DNA of 32,000 nt, from NCBI RefSeq assembly GCF_051201565.1, contig NZ_CP179200.1, positions 660,001 to 692,000 on the forward strand, in the 5' to 3' direction. Below are positions 8,943 through 16,415 of this stretch, piece by piece (within the stretch, counting starts at the first letter, position 1; every line of letters begins with the position of its first letter). Made by a program: the position numbers and the translations under genes. The notes beneath the pieces are model-generated. The model saw only the letters and a program-made list of their open reading frames with translations. It did no database searches and had not been told where the DNA came from. This DNA is from Pseudothioglobus sp. nBUS_23 (GTDB taxonomy: Bacteria > Pseudomonadota > Gammaproteobacteria > PS1 > Pseudothioglobaceae).

Positions 8943-9772
8943 AACAGGATAAGTCTCATGAAATGGGACTTCATGAGGAGCAGTTAAAAGGAAGAACTCA
9001 GCAGAGATTTTTCTCGATTGATGAGAGTGAAAATCTGACGTATTTTCATTCCTTTGAAGTCGATACAAGCAAGAGTGCGACGATTGATGCTTTAGATATG
9101 ACTCCTAGAGAAATTAATCGTGAAATCAGAGCATTAATGGAAAAAGGTATCGGTGATATTACAGTTGATAACCCGATGTCTAGACATGGCGTTGGTGTTG
9201 GTATCTTGAACCGTCTCAACTTAACATTCAGTGATAGCTTGGGCTATTTTGGTTGTGGATTGATCGATGGACCAAACGTGCATATCAAGGGTCGAGTTGG
9301 ATGGTCATGTGCTGAGAACATGATGGCTGGAACCGTTGTTATTGATGGCAACGCTGGCTCAACTTTTGGTGCTGCGATTCGTGGCGGCGACCTGGTTTGT
9401 AAAGGAAGTGTTGGTGCACGAACAGGGATTGATCAGAAAGGCGGAACCATTATCGTTGGCGGTAAGACAGGTGCTTTCTCTGGATTTATGATGCAGCGTG
9501 GTCGAATGATCATACTTGGCGATGCAGGAATGAACCTAGGTGACTCAATGTATGACGGCACTATTTATGTGGGCGGTGAAGTTGAAGATCTCGGGGTGGA
9601 CTGCGTTCCAGGTGAGATGACTGAACTTGATATTCGTTATCTTACTGAAAAATTAGGTAACTACGGTATGAAGGCTCCAAATGGTGTAGAGAAGATGCAA
9701 AAGTATGTTTCTGGTAAGACGTTATGGAACTATGACAATTTAGAGCCTAACGAGAAAAAACTTATTCTTTAA
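8930..9772 (+). CDS. mgsB: GXGXG-motif protein (glutamate synthase alpha-subunit C-terminal beta-helix domain-like), N-methylglutamate synthase subunit B
   Basis: 280-aa ORF with Gly-rich repeats (GNAGSTFGAAIRGGDLVCKGSVGARTGIDQKGGTIIVGG...). GGAGG lies 8 nt upstream of the ATG. It overlaps mgsA by 13 nt, suggesting translational coupling. Confidence 0.8.
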   Translation: MAKLKQDKSHEMGLHEEQLKGRTQQRFFSIDESENLTYFHSFEVDTSKSATIDALDMTPREINREIRALMEKGIGDITVDNPMSRHGVGVGILNRLNLTFSDSLGYFGCGLIDGPNVHIKGRVGWSCAENMMAGTVVIDGNAGSTFGAAIRGGDLVCKGSVGARTGIDQKGGTIIVGGKTGAFSGFMMQRGRMIILGDAGMNLGDSMYDGTIYVGGEVEDLGVDCVPGEMTELDIRYLTEKLGNYGMKAPNGVEKMQKYVSGKTLWNYDNLEPNEKKLIL

Positions 9773-9807
9773 TCGGACTTTTAACAAATTTAACTAAAGG
9801 AAATATT

Positions 9808-11145
9808 ATGAGTGATATAGACGAAAAAAGCATACTAGGTAAAAGTTTTATCTTTCCTAAAGGTGTGATGGATGACATCCATATCAAATCTGATTTGGGT
9901 CGTTACAGAATGAGAGGTTTCTCTCTATTTAAAAAGATTCCGACATGGGACGATTTGACTTTTATGCCAGGAACTCTGACGCGTTTCGTTATCGAGGGCT
10001 ACAGAGAGAAGTGTTTAACTAAAACTATCATTGGTCCTGAGGCGCCAAGACCGTTAGAGCTTGACATTCCTATCTACATTACAGGTATGAGTTTTGGAGC
10101 TTTAAGCTATGAAGCCAAAACGGCTTTGGCAAGAGGTGCAACTATGGCTGGAACTGCAACTTGTTCTGGAGAGGGCGGAATGATCCCTGATGAGAGACGC
10201 TATTCAGACAAGTGGTTTTATCAGTGTATTCAGTCTCGTTATGGTTTTAACCCAAACCATTTACGTCTTGCTGACAGTGTTGAGTTTTTCATTGGACAAG
10301 GCTGTAAAGTTGGTCTTGGTGGACACCTAATGGGTCAAAAAGTGACAGATCAGGTTGCTGAGATGCGTTCTTTACCAGCAGGTATTGATCAGCGTTCTCC
10401 TGCTAGGCATCCGGATTGGTTAGGACCGGATGATTTGGCGCTTAAAATCGAAGAGATTCGTGAAGCAACAGATGGACAAATCCCAATTCAATTAAAGCTG
10501 GGCGCTGCTCGAGTCTACGATGACGTTCGTATGGCTGCTAAAACTGGTTGTGACAGTATCTATATTGATGGCATGGAAGGCGGAACCGCTGCTGGACCTC
10601 ATCTAGCGACTGAAGAAACTGGCGTACCAGGAATCGCTGCGATTCGTCAGGCTAGAAGAGCGATTGACGATGTCGGCATGACAGGTAGAATCTCACTGGT
10701 TTATGCTGGAGGTATTCGTAACGGTGGTGACGTTGCAAAGGCTGTAGCTTTAGGTGCTGATGCAGTTGCGATCGGTCATGCTTCGCTTATGGCGCTTAAC
10801 TGTAACAGGGATATTCCTGAAGCAGATTATCCTAAAGAAATGGGTGTTAATGCGGGCGAGTGTTATCACTGTCATACAGGTCGTTGTCCTGTTGGTGTTG
10901 CGACTCAAGATCCAGTTCTAAGGCAGAGACTAGATCCAGATGCGGCTTCAGAGAGAGTCTATAACTTTTTACATACCTTAGCGATAGAGTGCCAGCTTTT
11001 TGCTCGTGCTTGCGGTAAGACAAATATTCACTCACTAGAGCCAGAAGATTTGGCTGCTTTAACTATGGAAGCATCAGCATGTGCTCAAGTTCCTATTGCA
11101 GGTTCACAGCACACTGTTGGTCGTCCAGATTTGACACGCTTTTAA
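9808..11145 (+). CDS. mgsC: FMN-dependent glutamate synthase-domain protein, N-methylglutamate synthase subunit C
   Basis: 445-aa ORF resembling the GltB FMN barrel (GMEGGTAAGP, YAGGIRNGGDVAKAVALGADAVAIG) with a Cys cluster CYHCHTGRCPVG. AAGGA SD is present. Confidence 0.85.
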   Translation: MSDIDEKSILGKSFIFPKGVMDDIHIKSDLGRYRMRGFSLFKKIPTWDDLTFMPGTLTRFVIEGYREKCLTKTIIGPEAPRPLELDIPIYITGMSFGALSYEAKTALARGATMAGTATCSGEGGMIPDERRYSDKWFYQCIQSRYGFNPNHLRLADSVEFFIGQGCKVGLGGHLMGQKVTDQVAEMRSLPAGIDQRSPARHPDWLGPDDLALKIEEIREATDGQIPIQLKLGAARVYDDVRMAAKTGCDSIYIDGMEGGTAAGPHLATEETGVPGIAAIRQARRAIDDVGMTGRISLVYAGGIRNGGDVAKAVALGADAVAIGHASLMALNCNRDIPEADYPKEMGVNAGECYHCHTGRCPVGVATQDPVLRQRLDPDAASERVYNFLHTLAIECQLFARACGKTNIHSLEPEDLAALTMEASACAQVPIAGSQHTVGRPDLTRF

Positions 11146-11159
11146 AGATAGGAGAAATT

Positions 11160-11546
11160 ATGAGCAATAAAGAAGAAGAGTTTGTTGTTGGAGCTGATGG
11201 TCTTGACACTGATCGTGAAAAAGATATTGGTCAGCATATTGGTTATCGATATGACGTAAACCTTGTTCCTGACCTTAAGTTTATTACTCCTTTCTTGCAG
11301 AAGTATATCGACAAGATGGGTTGGAAAGATTTGAACTGGTTAGAGGACGTTCATATGGGTTATGAAGAGGATCAAGCCGCTGTATTTGACAGAAATATCA
11401 ATGGCTGGGTGACAATTCCTGATTCAATTAAACTCCCTGACAATCAGCAAGAAAGAGACATGATTGCACGCGAACTTTTAATTAAGTTTCAAATGTCAGA
11501 AAACCATCCAATGGTAGATCTTAATAACGCTTACCGTAAATTCTAA
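11160..11546 (+). CDS. Hypothetical acidic 128-aa protein, last gene of the gmaS-mgsABC operon
   Basis: ATG at 11160 lies 15 nt after the mgsC stop, with a strong AGGAGA SD 5-6 nt upstream. There is no TM segment and no motif I recognise. A terminator follows. The longer 11079 start in the ORF track overlaps mgsC and lacks an SD. Confidence 0.6.
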   Translation: MSNKEEEFVVGADGLDTDREKDIGQHIGYRYDVNLVPDLKFITPFLQKYIDKMGWKDLNWLEDVHMGYEEDQAAVFDRNINGWVTIPDSIKLPDNQQERDMIARELLIKFQMSENHPMVDLNNAYRKF

Positions 11547-11565
11547 TTACAGTAAGCAACAAAAA

Positions 11566-11614
11566 GGGGAAGATTTAAGAGAGTTTCTCTCTTTAAATTT
11601 TCTCCTTGGTTTTT
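11566..11614 (+). terminator. Rho-independent terminator ending the gmaS-mgsABC-orf128 operon
   Basis: Stem of about 18 bp with one bulge (11566-11583 pairing with 11587-11605, loop TTT), followed by TTGGTTTTT. A second 8-bp hairpin, GCACCTCA/TGAGGTGC, sits at 11617-11637. Confidence 0.6.
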
Positions 11615-11756
11615 CGGCACCTCACCCCCTGAGGTGCTGAATAAACTAAAAAATATTCTTTTGAGTATGGAGTTATTCTTAAAAATGAATTTATTCAAAA
11701 TAATCAACAGATAATTCTATGTATACTCAAACATTATTAAAAGGGGTTTTTAATAA

Positions 11757-14057
11757 ATGAGAGTTTCGAATATTAAATATGATGGAGATTTTGAGACTTA
11801 CCAAATCCATGGTGGTGAAGCGATCTCGATTGATTTAAAAAAGGGCGATTCAGTTGAAGTTGTAGATGTCGAAGGAGATCAAAATTGCAGTGTTTTAGCA
11901 TTTGACTCTAAAAAAACCTCCGCATTAAACTCCTTAAATTGGAGAACAAAGCCAAACAAAAAAACAAACAAAATTCCCTCTAAAGATTGCTCAGAAGTAC
12001 TCATAGAGGTGCTCAATTCAAATAACATTAATTCAAAAGAGCTTAATAGCGCCGAGCTATTTTCAGATTCAAGTCCGGCTGAATCGCGTCAATCCTTCTA
12101 CATAGATAATGACCTAATGTGTGTGTTTGATGCTGAGGGTGGTCCGATGCTGGTCGATCAGCAAAATTCTCCAACAGAGATTTTGATTAATGTTCTTCGA
12201 AAAAATCCAACAAAACCTTCTGAACGTTTACCTGAACCTTTAGCAAAACCAACACAAGAGATTAGAATCAAAGATTCCACTGCGGTTGCTTATAAAGTTA
12301 AAGCAGGAGAGTACATTCAAATCATAGATGTTGAAGGCCAACAGTGTTCAGATTTTCAAGCTTTTTTAGTTGAAGATTTAAATAATAATGTAGAGTTGTG
12401 TCTTGATCCTACTGTGACTCGCTCACAAATGCTGGCCAGCTATCCTGCCCCAGGAACGCATGATAAGTTTTATAACCAAAACTCGATACCACTTGTTGAG
12501 GTGATTCAAGATACGGTTTGTCGTCACGATACTTTTGGTTTGGCTTGTAATGCCAAATATTACGAAGATCGAGGCTTCCCAGGACACATAAGCTGTACAG
12601 ATAACTTTAATTCTTCACTCGCTGAATATGGTGTCAAACCCAGAAGAAATTGGGCTGCAGTGAATCTCTTCTTTAATACCGCTATCGAAGAGTGTCACTC
12701 ATTGACCTCAGATGTCTCTTGGTCAAGGCCTGGAGATTACGTTTTATTGAGAGCGGTTGACGACCTTGTATGCGTCTCTTCAGCTTGTCCAGATGACACA
12801 ACCTCAGCCAATGGCTGGAATCCAACTGATATTCATGTTAGGATTTATGACGAATCTAATAATTTTTCATCGGCAACGGCATTTAGGCCTGACCCACAAT
12901 CCATTCCGACTATGACAAAAGAAACCGGTTTTCACAAAAATACTTCCAAACTAACTAAAAACTTTGACAACTATAACGGCTATTGGTTACCGCTTGAATA
13001 TGAAAATTTGGGGGCAATCAAAGAGTACTGGCAATGCCGTGAAGGGGTAGTCATGATCGACCTAGCGCCGCTGAGAAAGTTTGAAGTGTATGGTCAAGAT
13101 GCAGAAGCTTTGATGCAGTATGCCATTACTAAGGATGTTCGTAAGCTAGCCATTGGACAGGTGGTCTACTCAGCAATGTGCTATGACAACGGCTGTATGG
13201 TCGATGATGGAACGCTTTTCCGCCTGGATGAAAACAACTTCCGATGGATTGGTGGTTCTGATGATGGAGGCAAATTACTCAGAAAGATTGCAGAGGATAG
13301 AGGTCTAGATGTTCGTGTTAAGTCCTCTACAGATCAGCTTCACAATGTCGCAGTTCAAGGGCCAAAAAGTAGAGAGACGCTCTCTAAGATTATTTGGACA
13401 CCCAAATTACAGACCACGATAGAAGATCTTAAATGGTTTCGTTTCACAATAGGTCGTATAGGGGGAGAGTTTGGAATACCTGTCATGGTTTCCAGAACGG
13501 GTTACTCTGGTGAACTTGGTTATGAAGTGTTCGCTCATCCTAAAGATTGCGAGGCTGTTTGGGATGCTATTTCTGAGGCTGGTGAAGAGTTTGGCATTTG
13601 CCCTCTAGGGCTATATGCACTTGACATATTGAGAATTGAGGCTGGATTAATCTTTGCAGGTTATGAGTTCTGTGACCAGACAGATCCATTTGAGGCTGGT
13701 ATTTCGTTTACAGTTCCGCTCAAGACTAAAGAGGATGATTTTTCCGGAAAAGAATCTTTAATTCTTCGCAAGAATTCTCCCCAAAGGGTTTTGGTTGGGT
13801 TAGAATTAGAAAGTAATGAGGTTGCGCTCCATGGTGATGGGGTGTATATTGGGAAACAACAGATAGGAATAATTACAAGTGCAACGCGTTCACCGATACT
13901 CAAAAAGAACATTGCATTATGCAGAATTTCAGTTTCGGAATCAGACATTGGTACTGAAGTTGAAGTAGGAAAATTAGATGGGCATCAAAAACGCTTACCT
14001 GCAAAGGTAGTCAGATTTCCATTTTATGATCCTGAGAAGACTCGAGTAAGAATGTAG
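11757..14057 (+). CDS. tdm: DUF1989-GcvT fusion protein, probable trimethylamine-N-oxide demethylase
   Basis: 766-aa ORF. The N-terminal half has DUF1989-type motifs (YKVKAGEYIQIIDVEGQQCSDFQAF ... VCVSSACPDD). The C-terminal half is an aminomethyltransferase/THF-binding fold (MIDLAPLRKFEVYG, RTGYSGELGYEVF). This architecture, next to a betaine-type ABC importer, matches published Tdm/TmoXWV loci. Confidence 0.7.
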   Translation: MRVSNIKYDGDFETYQIHGGEAISIDLKKGDSVEVVDVEGDQNCSVLAFDSKKTSALNSLNWRTKPNKKTNKIPSKDCSEVLIEVLNSNNINSKELNSAELFSDSSPAESRQSFYIDNDLMCVFDAEGGPMLVDQQNSPTEILINVLRKNPTKPSERLPEPLAKPTQEIRIKDSTAVAYKVKAGEYIQIIDVEGQQCSDFQAFLVEDLNNNVELCLDPTVTRSQMLASYPAPGTHDKFYNQNSIPLVEVIQDTVCRHDTFGLACNAKYYEDRGFPGHISCTDNFNSSLAEYGVKPRRNWAAVNLFFNTAIEECHSLTSDVSWSRPGDYVLLRAVDDLVCVSSACPDDTTSANGWNPTDIHVRIYDESNNFSSATAFRPDPQSIPTMTKETGFHKNTSKLTKNFDNYNGYWLPLEYENLGAIKEYWQCREGVVMIDLAPLRKFEVYGQDAEALMQYAITKDVRKLAIGQVVYSAMCYDNGCMVDDGTLFRLDENNFRWIGGSDDGGKLLRKIAEDRGLDVRVKSSTDQLHNVAVQGPKSRETLSKIIWTPKLQTTIEDLKWFRFTIGRIGGEFGIPVMVSRTGYSGELGYEVFAHPKDCEAVWDAISEAGEEFGICPLGLYALDILRIEAGLIFAGYEFCDQTDPFEAGISFTVPLKTKEDDFSGKESLILRKNSPQRVLVGLELESNEVALHGDGVYIGKQQIGIITSATRSPILKKNIALCRISVSESDIGTEVEVGKLDGHQKRLPAKVVRFPFYDPEKTRVRM

Positions 14058-14199
14058 TTTTCTTAAAGGGAGAGACAATCTTAGAAAAGTAATTGATTTC
14101 TGAGGGTGTTAGTATGGTTTTTTAGTAGTATTTGTTAAAGAACCATTTTTTGTTAAATGTTTATTAAATATTTAATGTAACAAAATAAAGGAGAAGTAA

Positions 14200-15147
14200 A
14201 TGAAAAAGTTTACAACTAAAGTAGCTGCAGCTGCTTTGTCGATGACTTTGGCTACGGTATCCGGTCAGGCTATTGCTGACTCATCAAAGCCAATTGTTAT
14301 TCCGACACATAACTGGTCAAGCCAGGTAGTTATGGCTTATGTTATCGGTGGAATCTTTGAGGACATGGGTAACAACGTTGAGTACGTTTCAGCTGATACT
14401 CAAGGTGTTTACGAGTCTATTCGTAATGGTGACGTAACTATCTCTCATGAAGTTTGGCAATCAACTTTTGGTGCTTCATTCTATGCTGCTATGGCAAAGG
14501 GTGGACTAATTGATGCTGGAACTCATGAGGCAATGACTCTAGAAGAAGTTGGTGTACCGCAGTGGGTAATTGATGAAAACATGTGCCCAGGTCTACCAAA
14601 CTATGAAGCGCTTAAGAACTGTGCAGATGTATTTTCAACTGCTGACTCAGGCGGAAAAGGTCGTATCTTAGAGGGACCACAAAGTTGGCATGGTGATGTT
14701 TATCCTAACCGTGTAAAAGCTCTTCTAGGAGACGAATGGATGGTTAAGTTTGCTGGAAGTGGTGATGCACTTTGGGCAGAACTCGACTCAGCTAAGAGAG
14801 AAGGACGTGCTACATTGATCTTTAACTGGACTCCTAACTTTACTGATGCTGATGGCTTTGTTTTCATCGAGTGGCCTGAGTACTACCAAGGTTGTAGAGT
14901 AGCTGATGGTGGTGACGGTGGTTGTGGATCACCTAAAGGTTGGTTGAAGAAAGCGGCGAACTATAAGTTCCCTAAAACTCACCCAGATGCTTACATGGCG
15001 TTCTCTAGAATGTCTTTTGATGCTGGTATGATTGGTTCTATGGCTGCTCTTGTTGACCTAGATGGTATGACTCATCAAGATGCTGCTAAGAAGTGGTTAG
15101 CTGACAACGAAGACACTTGGAGAGCTATGACAGGTGTTGGAATGTAA
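14200..15147 (+). CDS. tmoX: Periplasmic substrate-binding protein of a glycine betaine/TMAO-type ABC transporter
   Basis: 315-aa ORF with a signal peptide (MKKFTTKVAAAALSMTLATVSGQAIA/DS). The mature part is OpuAC-like and Trp-rich, consistent with an aromatic cage. AAGGAG SD is present and codon usage looks highly expressed. TMAO specificity is inferred only from the adjacent tdm. Confidence 0.65.
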   Translation: MKKFTTKVAAAALSMTLATVSGQAIADSSKPIVIPTHNWSSQVVMAYVIGGIFEDMGNNVEYVSADTQGVYESIRNGDVTISHEVWQSTFGASFYAAMAKGGLIDAGTHEAMTLEEVGVPQWVIDENMCPGLPNYEALKNCADVFSTADSGGKGRILEGPQSWHGDVYPNRVKALLGDEWMVKFAGSGDALWAELDSAKREGRATLIFNWTPNFTDADGFVFIEWPEYYQGCRVADGGDGGCGSPKGWLKKAANYKFPKTHPDAYMAFSRMSFDAGMIGSMAALVDLDGMTHQDAAKKWLADNEDTWRAMTGVGM

Positions 15148-15173
15148 CAAAAACACTTAATTGTGTAAAAATT

Positions 15174-15194
15174 CTCCTGGGTCAAACCCAGGAG
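15174..15194 (+). terminator. Stem-loop after the binding-protein gene (mRNA stabiliser or attenuator)
   Basis: Stem CTCCTGGGT (15174-15182) / ACCCAGGAG (15186-15194) with a 3-nt loop and no T-run. It lies 27 bp after the tmoX stop. Confidence 0.4.
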
Positions 15195-15365
15195 GAAATA
15201 CCTCCATAACTATTTAACTAAGTTACACTCTTCTCAATCATTTTAATTGATAAAAGTGAACTAACCTAGCTAGGAATGGGGGTTTTTTTTCGTCTGTGAT
15301 ACTTAAAATTACATATAATAAAAATATATCAACAAGATATATTGTCAAATTAAGGAAAACAATTT

Positions 15366-16412
15366 ATGCCTTCACAAGAGCCCGTCGTTAAGTGCGAATC
15401 TGTCTATAAAATTTTCGGAGAAAATGCAGAAAAGCTTTTGAAAAGCTCCAACGGAAAGGTTGACGCTAAAGAGTTCCAAGATGCAGGTTGTGTAGTCGGA
15501 GTTAATAACGCCTCGTTTGAGGTCTATCATGGCGAAATGCTTGTCATTATGGGTTTGTCTGGTTCAGGCAAATCAACCCTTCTAAGATGCATATCAAGGT
15601 TAACAGATACAACTGCTGGAAAAATTTTTATTGACGGTGAGGACCTACTTAGTCTGAACGGTAAAGAGCTCATTGAGCTCAGAAGAAGCAAAATGGGGAT
15701 GGTGTTTCAAAGCTTTGCGCTCCTACCCCACAAGACGGTTCTAGAGAATATAGCTTTTCCATTGCAAGTCAAAGGCAGCAGTACCCAAGATAGTATGACC
15801 CGTGCCATGGAGATGGTTGAATTGGTTGGTCTTGGAGGCCGAGAGAATTACTTTCCAAGAGAGCTATCTGGAGGTCAGCAGCAGCGCGTAGGAATTGCAC
15901 GATCGCTTGCAGTTGAGCCAGATATATGGTTTCTGGATGAGCCGTTCTCTGCACTTGATCCGTTAATTCGTAAAGAGATGCAAGATGAGTTTCTGAGACT
16001 TCAAGGAGTACTTAATAAAACCATTTTGTTTGTGACTCATGATTTTGATGAGGCTTTAAGGCTGGCAGACCGAATTGCTATTATGAAGGATGGCATTATT
16101 GAGCAATTAGATACGCCTGCAAACATTGTTCTTAACCCAGCAACAGAATACGTTCGTAAATTTACTGAAGAGGTTCCAAGGGAAAAGGTTCTCAAAATTG
16201 AATCTGTCATGGATCCTGTCGATGACAATGCAGAGTTGAGTGATCTTCAGGTGTCTAAAGATGCCATTATTGAAACGGTTGCTGAAGAAGTGCTGAGTCA
16301 ACAGAAGCCTGTTGCAGTGCTTGATGATGATGGAAAGACAATTGGGTTACTGAATTGCTCTACGATTCTTCACATACTCTTCGGTGATCGCTCTGGCGAA
16401 CAGAAAGACTAA
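15366..16412 (+). CDS. tmoW: ABC transporter ATP-binding protein, ProV/OpuAA-like
   Basis: 348-aa ORF with Walker A GLSGSGKST, signature LSGGQQQRV and Walker B IWFLDEP. The C-terminal tail of about 80 aa resembles a single CBS motif. Confidence 0.75.
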   Translation: MPSQEPVVKCESVYKIFGENAEKLLKSSNGKVDAKEFQDAGCVVGVNNASFEVYHGEMLVIMGLSGSGKSTLLRCISRLTDTTAGKIFIDGEDLLSLNGKELIELRRSKMGMVFQSFALLPHKTVLENIAFPLQVKGSSTQDSMTRAMEMVELVGLGGRENYFPRELSGGQQQRVGIARSLAVEPDIWFLDEPFSALDPLIRKEMQDEFLRLQGVLNKTILFVTHDFDEALRLADRIAIMKDGIIEQLDTPANIVLNPATEYVRKFTEEVPREKVLKIESVMDPVDDNAELSDLQVSKDAIIETVAEEVLSQQKPVAVLDDDGKTIGLLNCSTILHILFGDRSGEQKD

Positions 16413-16415
16413 ATT

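Noticed and set aside
11079-11159. Upstream extension of the small ORF (155-aa version in the track)
   Set aside because: The extension overlaps the mgsC 3' end in another frame, is Cys/Ser-rich and has no SD. The ATG at 11160 has a strong AGGAGA SD.
14163-14176. 14-bp perfect palindrome ATTAAATATTTAAT upstream of tmoX, and similar AT-only palindromes such as TTTCTAGAAA at 21640-21649
   Set aside because: Palindromes made only or mostly of A/T are expected by chance in spacers of this composition, and nothing else supports them.
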